In this document: positions 23,913-36,320 of the stretch, piece by piece
Layout: every line of letters begins with the position of its first letter
Numbering within the stretch: the stretch's first letter is position 1
From: Lama glama
Lineage: Eukaryota
Direction: 5' to 3'
NCBI GenBank assembly: GCA_028534125.1
Contig: CM052816.1
Span: 101,062,001-101,122,000, forward strand
DNA: 60,000 nucleotides
The notes under the pieces: generated by a model
Database searches by the model: none
The model's input: only the letters and a program-made list of their open reading frames with translations
What the model was told of the DNA's origin: nothing
Translations under genes and position numbers: made by a program

Positions 23913-24734
23913 GTAAGTTCTCAGCACGGCCTTCGCACCGAGCTGCGGCTTCGGCAGGAAGCAGAGCTTTGGGAAGCCTTGCCTGTGGGGAGGAAGCGAG
24001 CTGGAGAGGAACTGCTTCCGAGGTCTGCCCACGCGGCCCAGGTCAGGCAGGGAGGTTGGGGTGACCCCGGGCTTGGCCCAAGTTGCAGGAGGGAAGGAGC
24101 CCCCCAGCCCAAGAACAGAGGCCGAGAGATGGAGGTGGCATTGGGACCTGGCAGCTGAGGGACGCCTGGAAGGCCAGGGTCTCCCAGAAAGGAGAGCGTT
24201 TGCATGGCCGCATTCCCACCTGCAGGGCAAACTCGTGGCCCTCCCCGCCCACTCGCGTCCTCACCCCAGAGTCTCTCCTACAAGGGGCCAGTAGCCGGGC
24301 CAGCTTTGCGTGGTCGTCCGCTGGGGCCCGGACCTCCGTGTGGCTTCCACTTCAGACCAGGCAGAGGTAGATCAGAGCCCGGCACAGACGGACCCGGGTG
24401 CAGAATAGGGGGAGGGTCCCCACCAGGCAGGAGCAGCCAGTCCCACTCGGATTGCTGAGGCTCACACCCTCCACGCTCCCACGGCCCGTCTGGGACACGG
24501 GAGAGCGCCACGGGCGTCTACCGATGGAACCGTCTACCTCACCCACTCGGGCTCCTTCCTCTGAAGCATCTGCAGGCCCAGCCCTGGAACCACGCCATCA
24601 ACACACAGCCTGGAAGCACGTGGCATGTGCCCAGCCTGAAGCGAAAGGCCCCGGGCCCTAGAGGCCTCGTGCAGAAAAAGTTTGGGCTGTGAAACCGCTC
24701 AGTAGTAACTGTCTGCCAAGTGCGTGTGGGTGAT

Positions 24735-24842
24735 CCTGTTTTGGATACGCCAGGTTAAAAATTATTCTTTAAGAGAATTTCTCGTTTCTTCTCACTAAAA
24801 TCGCACGTGTGGCCCATGTTATGTCTCTACTGGACGGTGGGG
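24735..24842. mobile_element. MER33/MER3-like hAT fragment
   Basis: 'ttttggatacgccaggttaaaa...aaaatcgcacgtgtggcccatgttatgtctctactggacgg' resembles the MER33 terminus. Confidence 0.6.
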
Positions 24843-25449
24843 TCTGTGAGTCCCAGGACAGAGGGGTGCCCTCACCCAGCGGGACGAACTGGACCTAGTC
24901 CCCCGGGGGGAGCGCAGTGAGAACCCAGCCTGGCGCTTCGGGTGGAAGACCCAGCCAGCTGCCCGTGGTCCGGAAGGGGGCCCGGGCCGGGGGGAGGGGA
25001 CGGACAGAGACTGAGAGGATGTGCAGAGCTCACCGGGGTCATCAGTGGGGAGCTTTAAGCTCCTTATTTCCTTCTTCCGATTCTGAAGCCCTTAAAGGGT
25101 GTGTCAGTGTGCAGGGGGTGGGGTGGGGTGCAGAGATGCATGTAAATTTATCTTAGCACGATTCTCCAGGAGGCCTTGGGACGGGTAAAGGGCAGAGGCG
25201 ACCCTTCCTGTCACTGCAGGGGGCTCTGGGGACAGACGTGCGGACACAGGTGACCCTCCCATCAGCTCTCAGGACTGTCCCGCGTGTCGCCGCACTGCGG
25301 ATGCTGCTGCATCCCGTGCTTGCCCGAGCGCAGGGCGTGTGAGCACGTCCTTGTCTACGAGCAGAAGTGTGCAAGCCTCTGACAGCCCTTTGGACCCAGC
25401 GCTCTGTGGGCAGAGGGCGCTCTTTCCACTCCGTCTCTAGGTCCCTCTT

Positions 25450-25880
25450 CCTAATAATGCTTCCTTTTTCAATCAATTGATTTAAATTACAGCCGCTTAT
25501 TAATTTGGAGGATGCGTGTTTCTGCTCCAAGCTTCACTCGAGGTCTCCTGGTGTCTCTGTGTTTACATTTAGCGTCTTGGCTACGTCCTTAGCCAACCAT
25601 TTCTTATTTTGCAATTATACCTGCTCTGCTCACTGCAGCGGTCTTTGTCAATTGCATAATTAAAGAGCAAAGATTTTTCTCCCTTGGCTGCACAAGGTGA
25701 AAAATGTTAGCTATTTCCACACTTCAAAGCCCCAGCTGCTATGAGCATTAAAAATTACTTAAAACATAAATTTATGGCATTGTGATCACAACGGATTGTG
25801 TTGTGGTAAATGAATTCCACTGTAAACTGCTGTTTTAAATTAAAGTACAGCTTATTAGAATTGGCAGGAAAGCAATACAG
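25450..25880. promoter_or_regulatory. AT-rich non-repeat island, strongest enhancer/conserved-element candidate
   Basis: Dense TAAT/ATTA, TTTATGG (25771), TGCATAATT (25653-25661), GTAAAC, and three 12-bp palindromes. Confidence 0.55.
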
Positions 25881-26389
25881 AAGGAAGTAAGGGTGCACGT
25901 AATTGTCCCAGAGGTCTGCTCCTCCAGGAGGTCGTGGCGAGGGAGGGGCCGGGAGGGGCCAGGAGGAGCCGCTCCCTCCCAGCTGCGCTGCGGGGGCTGC
26001 TGGGCCCTGGGGCTCACTGCTGTCCTCTCCCTCCCTCTGGCTCTCCTCCCCTCCCCTCTGTGCTGGGATCTCCTGAGGCTCTCCGTTGTGCACTGCACTG
26101 GGGTAGGCTGTGGACCTGCGAAGGCGAGAGAAGCCAGCTTTCCCTCAGACAGCACAGGGTCTACTGGAGCAGCAGGAGCTATGTGGGCAGACAATGGGGA
26201 GGGGCTGAGATGGAGATACAAATGAGATACCCTTTGAGCAAGAACGTTCAAGGACACCCACCAAGGACGGAACCTGACTGATGGGTCTGCCCAGCAGATG
26301 CTGAGACCATGGGAGCCCGGGCTGCAGGCAGTAGGGGGCTTCCACAAGGTGAAGGACGCCCCCGTCTCAAGCACATATGGAAAGTGGTT

Positions 26390-26800
26390 TCTGCTCTCTA
26401 CTGGGACACTTCCAGCGGTGGAGAACTTGACCCTTTTGTGACATCTCCTTCCATCTCAGGACACAGACAGTCTTCTCCCAGCTAAACAGCCCGAAAATCA
26501 CGCCTTCGATTTGGACACCCAAACCTGGAAATCCTTGAATGACTTCCTAGAGGAGGCTCATAATGGATGGGGCAGCTTGAGCTGGGAGCTGGGGTGCATC
26601 CTGGGCACAATCAGAACAGCCAGGGCACATGGCTGAAGCCCCGAGGAGACCAGGGCAGGACACAAAGTAATGGCAGTAGGTTGGCCCAAGGAAAGGCTTT
26701 ATAAAATTGAGGCTTGATTAGAAAGGCAGTGTGGGCTTTTGGGGGTTGTGAGCAATGTGTGAAATGATGCTGGAAACGTTTTAGGGAGGTTGATTTACTC
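26390..26800 (-). mobile_element. Ancient LINE remnants: CR1/L3-like (about 26390-26490) and L2-like (about 26540-26800)
   Basis: 'gacacttccagcggtggagaacttgac' (L3-like); 'gacttcctagaggagg...gaaaggcagtgtgggctttt...gaaatgatgctggaaacgttttagggagg' (L2-like). Confidence 0.45.
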
Positions 26801-27359
26801 GCATGTTGGATGGAGAACTTGGAGGTCATCTAGTCCATGGTTACACAGGCCAGTGGCTCCTGATGAGACACCCCCCCCCCCGGCGCCATGAGTCTGCAGG
26901 GTGGATGCCTCACCCACAGCGTCTGAGCATGGCTGGCTGACTCCACCTCTCCTCCCTCAGCCTAAAAGCACCAGCACCTCGTCCTCCTGTGACAGAGCCT
27001 TCTGGTCCTCCATTCCCTTCCATGCCCTGTCCTGTGCTTCATCACACACCAGGAAAAGAATGTCGATGTACAGAAGTGCTCAGGGACTGATTCTCACATT
27101 CCCCAGACATCTAGTAACTAATGTAGTCGCTAGTCAACATCAGATGTTTTATGAGGCACCGAGGTCAGAGGAAACAAGTGGTTCTTGCCCAAAGGAAGCC
27201 CCAGTTGGATGAAGGGAGATGGATGAGTGAAGGTATGCAAACAAAAAAAGAGCACAGTGGCCACAACCCAGGCCTGTACAGGGGGCAGTCAGCCCACAGT
27301 GGGGTTCCAAAAGCTTCAATAGGCAAATGTCTAAGGAGACAGTCTTAAAAGTGTGTAGG

Positions 27360-27565
27360 TGGGATTTCAAAATTGTAGAATAGATAAACAAGATTATACT
27401 GTATAGCACAGGGTAATATATACAAGATCTTATGGTAGCTCACACAGAAAAAAATGAGACAATGAATATATGCGTGTTCATGTATAACTGAAAAATTGTG
27501 CTCTACATTGGAATTTGACACAACACTGTAAAATGACTATAAATCAATAAAAAATGTTAAAAAGA
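27360..27565 (+). mobile_element. Young 5'-truncated L1 3' end with TSD
   Basis: 'tactgtatagcacagggtaatatatacaagatctt...gacacaacactgtaaaatgactataaatcaataaaaaa'; TSD aaaagtgtgtagg at 27347-27359 and 27566-27578. Confidence 0.92.
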
Positions 27566-28149
27566 AAAAGTGTGTAGGGCTTGACTTGCAAGACCGGAGC
27601 AGGAAAGTCCCCATCAGCAGAGGGGGAGCGGGACTTCTGTGCTGAGGAAGGTCAGAAATACTGGATATGAGGAGTAACAAGTGTCTGGAGGAAGGGCGGC
27701 GTCAGCCTTAAATATGTGCTGCCATTCTTTCTCTGAACCGTAAATAAAGGAAGGAGAGGAAACAAAGGTGGAAAACAACGTAGGTGTGTCAGCACCTTTG
27801 GGGAGGTGTAAGGGAGTCCTCATTTTATACCCCCAATTTTTTCTGGAATGTTTTTACTCCTTGAGAGATAAAAGTACTGAGGTAGAGCACTCAAATATAT
27901 ACTAGCAAATTCTGGACATAACTAACTACCTCTCTTTATTCATTACCCACAAATAATACAAGTGAGATACACCGGGAGTTTAAAATGATGAGGTTCTGGG
28001 ATACATTGTATTAGGAAAGAAGAAAACATATTCTAAACACCACTGGTAGATTAAAGAACAGTGTAGCAATTGTAAATTTTGAGAATCAGCGGGAATTACT
28101 TCAAAGAAAACTGGCCTTTGTCTCATTTACATTTGCCTGAAAACTTTTT

Positions 28150-31100
28150 TCACCCATAAGATGAAACTTGAACAGTTCTTGAAAGATAGTGTTCTGGGTA
28201 TACAAGAGTGGTTGACAATCAGTTAGTCTCAGCACTTTCGAGGTGCAATTCCATTGTCTTCTAGCTTCCATACTTCCAATGGATAAGTCAGATGTCAGTC
28301 TAACTGTAGTCCTTCTTTGGTCTATAATCTGCCTTTTCTCCAGGTATTTTTAAGATCTTCTATTTGTATTTCAATTTCACTGTGTTGCATTCAGGTGCAG
28401 ACTTCCTTTCATCAACCTTGTTTTGGGTTTGTGCATCTGATTCTAGGCATTCATGTCTTTCACCAATTTTACATAATTCTCAGTTATTAACTCTCTATAT
28501 GTTGCCTCTCCCCAGCCCTCTTACTTATCACCTTTGGGAGCTCCAACTAACAGCATATTAGGCCTTCTTATTCCATCTTTAGTATCTGCCAAGCTTCACA
28601 TTTTTAATTTACTTGACTTGGTTACAGTCTGGGTAATTTTTCCAGGTTTTCCTTCTAGTCTACGTATTCTCTCTTCATCTGTGTCATCACTACTATTTGA
28701 CGCATCTATCACAGTTTTATTTCTATGGTTACATTTTTCCATTTAGAGAAGTATATAATGCCATTTTTTTTGTCTATAAAAATAAGCTCCACATTATGGT
28801 GTTTCCTGTTGTAACAGTGTTATTGAAGTATAATTGGCATATCAGAAACTTACATACTGAAGTGCACACCTAGGCACATTTTGGCAGATGGATACAGTCT
28901 TGAAACTGTTATCACAATCAAGGTAATGAACATACCCTACTTTGTTTATGCATTCACTTATTGATGGACATCTGAGTTGTTTCCAATTTGGGCTATTACA
29001 AATAAACTTGCTCTGAACACTTATAAACACATCTTTGTGTATTGCTATGCTATCATTTCTCTTGATAAATACTTAAGAGTAAAGTAGCTCGATCATTTGA
29101 TAGGTGTATTAACTTTTTAATAAAATTCTACACTATCTTCCAAAGTGGCTTCATTGGTGAATTCTACCAAATCTTTAGGGAGGAAATTAGACTATTTCTA
29201 TACAAATTCTTCCAGAAAATTGAAGAGGAAAGAATTTTTACCAACTTATTTCATAAGGTCATCATTACCCTGATATCAAAACCATACAAAGTCTTACAAG
29301 AAAAGAAAACTACAGAAAAAATCTCATCAATATGGATGCAGAAATTCCAAACAAAATTTTAGCAAGTTAAACCCAACAACATACAAAAATGACAATATAC
29401 CATAACCAAGTCCATGCTAGTATTGCAAGGTTGATTTAACATTGAAAACCCATCAAAGTAACTCACCATATTAACAAAGTAGAAGGGTGGGGGGAAGGAA
29501 GGAAGGAAGGAAGGAAGGAGGGAAGGGAGGTTGGTTCAGCCTCATTTGACTTCAGCAGATGAGTCAGGCCTTTCTGATGCCCCAGGTCTTTTGATAGCCA
29601 GCAGAAATGCCCTACGTGGAGAACCGTGTCCCTGCTAGGTGTCCCTTAATAAAACACGAAGTCGCTTTTCTACTGCAAAGGATCAGAAGCTCCTCTGAAT
29701 GTATTTCTCTTCTAAAACACTCTCACAGGGGAAAAACTCGAAGCTTCCTTCCATGCAGAACTCACTTTCTTGCACATGATTTTGACTCCCCAGAACATGC
29801 TGAGGGCAAATGTTAATCTCTGGGGGGGGGGAGGGGTGGACAGGGTCCATCTTCTTCCTCTGGGTAATGGGTGGAAACAGGGGGAAATAAAGGAGAGCCT
29901 TTTAAATAAAACCTTCTGGTTACAGGGGCCATTGGACAATGATGCAGTGTTACCATTTCCAGTTTAGAAACTCACTTATTTCCAAATTTTCTTTCTTCCG
30001 GACCTCAAAATGTGGTTGCATTTGGAGATGGGGTTGATTATGTGAGGACACAGGGAGAAGATGGACACATACACACCTAGGAGAGAGACTTCAGGAGAAA
30101 CCAGTCCCGCTGACACCTTGGCCTCAGACTTTCAGCATGCAGGATTGAGGTAGCAAGTGTCTGTAGTTAAAAAGAAGACAAGAAAGCAGCAGCAGAAGAA
30201 AGGAAACCATAGAACTTCAACATAGCAATTTTGGGGACACAATTCAATCCGTAATAAGATGGCAGATACTGAGAATTTTATTTCATTGGGTGACAGAAAT
30301 TTTTGTATTTCTATAAATATTCTTGAGCTTCGCTCAAGGACAAAGATGAGTTCCTCTGGCACAGATTGAACTTTGGGGGTTTTGCTTTAATGTGTGTTAG
30401 GCAGGACATGAGCAGCCTTCAATCAAGGGCCTCCTGCAGTTTTCTCCCCTCAGTGCTCTGCTCAGTGCTGTGCTGGGTAGCCAGTGGAGACCTCCTGCAT
30501 ATCTCAAGAGCTCCCTCTCCTCATCTCTCTTTCTCCACTTCTCTATCCTGCAAATGTCAGTGCTTTCATCTCCACAAACTCTTAGCTCTGTCTCCTCTGT
30601 GCTCACCTACAGGCTGTGCCTGTGGTCCTTCACCTCACATCACCGCTGGGAAACTGTCTCCAGGATGCGAGTTGGAGGAATTTTAGGACTTAACTCATTT
30701 GCTTCTTGTTGCTCATGGACCTCTGACCTTTGCTAGCTGATGTCTAGTGTCTTGTAAACCATTGTTTCAAATGTTTTCAGGGTTTTTTTTGTTTTTGTTG
30801 TTATTGTTATTTTGATTAGGAGGATAAATCTAATTCTTGTTATTCTGTTTTGGCCAGAATTTGTAGTCTCTATTTTTCAAATTGTTCTTATACTTGTTTG
30901 TTGCTTTTCAGATTTGCAAATCCTCTTTTATCTACTTAAACACAGTAAATCAATATGTTCTATCTGATAACTTCAATATCCAAACTGTCTGCTTACCTCG
31001 TTCTGCTGTTCCTCGGTCGTGATGCCTCATTTTATTCTGTGCTTTCCAATTTCTTTTTACTATAACTTGATGATGTAGATCAGACTTCTTCTGTGAAGTT

Positions 31101-32060
31101 CTCTGAGACTGAGCTGAAGGTGTATTCCTGTAGAAAGTATGCTCCTTTGTCTCCACCAGGCTCCTGGTGTGCTGGCAACCCATGACCACTTTAAGTCTCT
31201 AGCTTGCAGTTTTCAGAACACACAGGTATGAGAATTCCAGTCACAAACTCACATGAGTATCAGCCCCTGGTTTCAAATTCCAGGGTGTCTTGTTTTCCTA
31301 ACATCAAGATCTAGTCTGGAAAATTGCTTCGTGAGGCAACCTTGTCACCTAGTTTTCCGTTTTAGTGGGATGTGGTCCTTCTCCGATTGTTTTTGTGTCT
31401 GGTGTTGCAATGAAAAGGTTCTGAAGCCATTCTGATTCTTAGTCTTTCTTTTACAGAAGATTCTCTTCGCTCCCAGGGTTCTGAAATTTATGATGATGAG
31501 CCTTGATCCAAATCTATTTCACCCATTGTTCTGAGACACCAAATATTCTAGGAAATCTTGAATTATTTCATTGATGATTTCATCCCCTCTTTTCCTTTCT
31601 CTCTAGTATTTTTTTTCCTTTTTGGAACTCCTATTATTTAAATGTTGGCCCATTTTCTATCATCTTGTCCTTTTTCTGCTTTATTTTATGTGAGATTCCT
31701 CAACTTTATCTTCTAATCATTTAATTCTTTTTAAAATTTCTGCTATTTTGAGTTTTTTCCAATTTTTCTTGCTGAACGTTCCTTTTCGTAGCATTCTTAT
31801 TTCAGGAGTACAATATCTTTCCTTAACTAGCTGAGAATGTTAATGGCAGGGTTCTTTCAGAGATTCCTTCCCCTCAAATGATCTCCTTCTCCATATTGTT
31901 CTTCCATGTTTGTTTCTTTTGTTTTTCTCTCAGATTTTTGATAAAATATGCTCCTTATTAAGACTGAGGACTAAACATATGAGTGGAAGCCCTTAGCAGA
32001 TGAGTGGTCTGTCTGTTGGGAACACTGGGTGTTAGTGTCTTCAGGACTCTCCTCCTGGAC
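28150..32060 (-). mobile_element. Nested cluster of old L1 fragments (mostly antisense; sense ORF2 piece at about 29155-29480) with MLT1 pieces at about 30000-30255
   Basis: ORF1-antisense motifs ('ttccattgtcttctagcttcc...aagtcagatgtcagtcta'), an L1 3' end at about 28815, sense ORF2 'tggtgaattctaccaaa', an L1 5' end at about 30870, and MLT1 'gtgaggacacagggagaagatgg...gctgacaccttggcctcagactt'. Confidence 0.8.
29493..29530. repeat. (GGAA)n microsatellite
   Basis: ggaaggaaggaaggaaggaaggaaggagggaagggagg. Confidence 0.9.
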
Positions 32061-32093
32061 TGGTGAGATTCTCCAGAGAATAATGCTTCCATC

Positions 32094-32549
32094 TGTAGAG
32101 GGCTGAACAGGCCCCCCCTTCCCCTCAAAATTTGTCTGCACCTTAATCTCCAGAAACCGTGGATATTACTTTATTTAGAAAAGGGGTCTTTCAGATGTAA
32201 TTAAGTTTAAAATCTCAAAATGAAGCCATTATCCTGGGTTCTTTGGGCAGGCCCTAAATGCTATCATGTAGATCCTTGTAAGAGAAAGGCCGATAAAGAT
32301 AAACACCAAGACAGAGGATGTGACACAGTGACAATGGAGTGAAGAGAGACTGGCCATGAGTCAAGGACCTCGAGGAATGCCAGGAGCCACAGGAGCTGGA
32401 AGAAGACAAGGACAGTCCTGCCCCAGAGCCCCTGGGGACACAGTCCTGCCAACACCATAATTTCAGACCTCTGACCTCCAGAACAATGAAGGAATATATT
32501 CCCGTTGTTTTAAACCACTTGGCCTGTGGGAAGCCTCAGGAAGCTAACA
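32094..32549 (+). mobile_element. MLT1C/D-like solo LTR, near full length (TG...CA)
   Basis: 'tgtagagggctgaa...aaaaggggtctttcagatgtaattaag...gaggaatgccaggagccacaggagctggaagaagacaagg...ctctgacctccagaacaatgaaggaata...gttgttttaaaccac...ggaagctaaca'. Confidence 0.88.
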
Positions 32550-35500
32550 CCCCACCCCTCAGCAGTGCCTTCAGGCCCAGGGCAAGCCTGTCCAGCAGGG
32601 CTGGGCGAGTCCACCAAGCAGCTCCATCCTCCAGCCCCAAGCCATGCTTACCTGCTACAGACAGGGGGCAAGGTCTCAGGGCGGGTGGGCATCACCAGTG
32701 GAGCAGAGTGTGAGGATCTGATCCTCAAGATGGCCTCCATCCTCATCCTTGAATCTCAGGGCCTTTCAACCCCATTTCCAGAGAAATCCAGTGCCAGTTT
32801 CTGAGCCTCAAGGAGATTCTGTGGTGTAAATTGGGCTGTTCTCAGCTTTCTTGTTCCCAGCTGAAGAGTCCATTGTCTTGATCCTGCCAAGTGAGGCCGA
32901 CAGCCACTGGGGAGGGGCCTAGAGGGGCAGCACCTGGTCCCAGAAGGGCTCTTGGCTGGTAGGAACATGATGGGCAGGGCCCTCAGGGACCCAGTTCTGC
33001 AGAGTAGATGAGGCTGGGGAGGCTTCCCTGCTTGATCCCTCCCCAGTGACAGCCAGGTCATGGGGGACCACGGACATGAGAGAGCACCCCCAGCCTTCCC
33101 TTCCAAGCTGCACCCAGCCAGGGTTCTGAAAGTTTGGCGTCATTACTGGAGTACAGGGAGCTATCCCCGGTGCTGAATCGTGGGGTGGGTGGCAGGCCCA
33201 GCTCACACTGTCCCCGCCAGCACACTCAGGCCAGGCAGACACACCCACGCATGTGGGCACCCCTGCACCCACGAAGGTCAGAGTTCCCCACTGTTCACGG
33301 TGCTTTTGCCTGTTAGGGTCATTGATTCTGGACACAGCACTTGAGGGCTCCCTGACCCCTGTGGCAGCCTGGCCTGAGGCGACAGCTCAAATGGGGAGAG
33401 CCCTGAGTCATCTGCACAGCCTACATCTGTCCACCTGTCCACACAAAACCCTAGAGCCAGGATGAGTCCAGACACCTGACACAGAGCTGTGCTAGGTCAG
33501 GTACACCACCAGAGTGAACAACTGGGGAGAGGGCATTTCTGGGGGCTCACAGAGCTCAGAGACCCAGCTGCACCTGGGGGCCCCAGCAGACCCCCAAGGA
33601 GACAGAGGCTGCACGCGCTGGGCCATTGCTGCTCCAGGTGGCTGCGGTAGCCTCCTTGTGCCAGGAGGACCAGAGGGAGCATATCCCAGGTGTGATGAGA
33701 CAGGGCAGAGAAGGTAAACTGGGGCCCATGGTAGGGCTGTTTCAAAGGAGAAGCAAATTCTGGTCAGTTCTGCTAGCAGCCATGGGAAGTGAGGCTTTCT
33801 GATGGAAACAGTGACCCTCCTGAAGGCTACATAGCAGTAGTTTTGGGGAGGGGGCGGTTATAAACCCTGATACCTTCAAGGTGCGTCCTTAGTTATCATG
33901 TAGGTATTATGGAAGTGTCATTAGAAAGTGACTGCTTGGTCTGTGAGGAGGTCACCTGTCTACCAACAGTCTCCTTCCATCCTTCAAACTGAGTCTCCAG
34001 TAGTAAAAACCATACTTTTGCCCTAAATCCCCACTTCCTCAAAGGGTGAGCTACATTACGCTTGAAGGTAAAGGAGAATCAGACGTCTAATTTGCTCTGG
34101 GTTCTACAGTGAAGAAAGTTGTCAGACAGCGATCAGGCTGGCTGCAGTGGAAGCAGTGTTTGCATCTGCTTTCTATAAGCTCGCACCTCTGAGAAGACTT
34201 CCATGTATTTAAAGTTGTATATAAACCTACAGGTTTATAGCAGTAGTGGTCCATGGCACCGTGGGGCTTGACTCCATCCTGCTCACCATTACAGGGCCCA
34301 GTCCATGCACAGTTGGCTGTCGTCAGACAGAGCTGACCAAGGCCCTGGATTGGCTTCTGCCCCAATCCGCAGGCCTGCAGGGAGCAGCCTGGAAGGGAGC
34401 TCTCCAAGGTGCTCGTGATGAAACGGAATGAGGCCCAGATGGAAGCTCTCGGTGGGACACTTGCCAGCCTCCAGTGAACAAAACCACTGGCATCTGGTTC
34501 CTGAACTCACGGCAAGAAGGTGGGGGCACTCAAGGGGTCTGGCACTCAAAAAGTAAAGGTTGCAGAAGAGGGGAGCCCTGCTGCCCCAGCTGGGGCGAGT
34601 CAGAGCGTCACTGGGGCTCAGCATGACCCAGCTCCGGCAGCCACCTAAATTGGGCTGCCTCGCTCTTGACCACCTTGTAAAGGGCCAGGGCCAGGTCCCC
34701 AGGCACCACGCAGGCTCGAGGCTGCAGACTCGGCTGCGCCTCCAGACGTCACCATGGGGCTAAGGGCTCTGTGTTTCCCCAGCTGCTGTGTGAGCTAGAG
34801 AGGACCTTTGCCCCCCCTCCCCCCGCTTTGTTCAATGTTTCATTCTGGTCACACGTCTGGGACCAGAGAAATCTGAAATCAGTTAACTCTGTTGTCCAAT
34901 CCTGGGCTTTTGATGTGATTTCAAATAATGCACCAGCACTCTGGGTCCTGGCCTCTTACTCAGAGACCAGAGCCACGATGCCAGCTCTCCTCACCCAGGG
35001 AAGCCCTCAGCAGGGCCATAGTCCTCCATCCCCATGAACTCTGGGCTGCCAGAACCTCTGAATGGCTGGGGACTGGTCTTAGCTGCTCAGGACCCACACA
35101 GCCCCCTAATGGCCCAGTCACTGGACTCTACAGCAGACACTAACAGCAGCAGGTGACTTCCATTTCTCAAGTCCACTTCAAATTAATAAGAATGTCCCTC
35201 TTCTGTTTTTCATCCACAAAGAAACTCCTTTGTATATTCATCTGATGTTGAATTGATGGGTTAAATTATACCAAGCCCAAAATCAATCCTGCACACTCCC
35301 CCAGTGGGGACGGACCAACCCCCAGTGGGGACAGAGCACCGAAAATGCATTCAGAGACGCTGACGAGCCCAGGCCCATTACATGTCATTTTGAACAAAGA
35401 GCGAGAAAGGCCCTTTGGAGACACCCTATCAGCTATTAAACAGAGACACCGCGTGCCCAGGGAGATTGATGGCTGGCACTCCCATCCTCCAATGGCTCTC

Positions 35501-36179
35501 CCTGGGCTGATGGTACAGGGAAAGGCTTCTCTGTGTCTCTGTCACAGTTCACAGGCAAACAGATGCCTCCAAGCTGAGCTTTCTCTTGTCTCTCCCAGGC
35601 CTCAGCCAGTTAACAAGTGCCAGGCGGGGCCCTCCCACTCTGCATCAGCTCAGCCAGCAGACACTCACGGTGTTTGCAAGAATCTTGTCTTTCCACCTCC
35701 TGAAGGATCGCAAGCTAACTGCGTGTAGATCGGTGAGATGGGCGAGACTGGGCCCACAGGAAGGGCAGCCAAGTCTGGGAGCAGAGGGCAGAGCCCAGGG
35801 TCCCGACCGCAGTGGGGAGGCTCTGCAGCCTCAGACGGGCTGAGGGGCCAGAGGGGCTTCCTGAATTCTCTCTGGGGGGTGTTATTCTGAGTCTGGTTCT
35901 GGAGGCGAAAGTACTCAGAATAGGCCGTCCAACATCTTTCCTTTTCCTCCCACTAATGAATTTCCTCATCGTTCCCCATTCAGCGTTTCCTGCGATCTGT
36001 CTCCTCACGTTTTCTCCCCACCCACAGCTAGACATAGCAGAAGGGAGCCTGGAACACAGTCGGTGGTGGGACACATCAAAGTGCCTGGAGAAGGGAGAGG
36101 AGACTTCACCGGGCCATCTTCTATTCCCTTACATCATGTCTTTCCTGTGCAGCCTCAATCGAATTCCAGGGCCTCCCAC

Positions 36180-36320
36180 GAACATGAGGGTTTTATGGAT
36201 TAAATTGTTCCATTAATTGGCTTCAAATAACTTCCTTCACCAGTGGAAGTCAATGTAGATAATAAGGTGCATTTAAAGAAAAACATTATTGGGACTTTCA
36301 CTTCCAAGTGAAACATAGCA
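36180..36320. promoter_or_regulatory. AT-rich island, candidate enhancer
   Basis: TTTTATGGATTAAATTGTTCCATTAATTGG (36191-36220): CDX/posterior-Hox, SOX-like and homeodomain cores. Confidence 0.4.

Noticed and set aside
35298..35332. Direct repeat cccccagtggggac x2 as a CRISPR-like or regulatory array
   Set aside because: Only two copies with a 7-bp spacer, consistent with a local micro-duplication; I saw no repeat-spacer array anywhere in the window.
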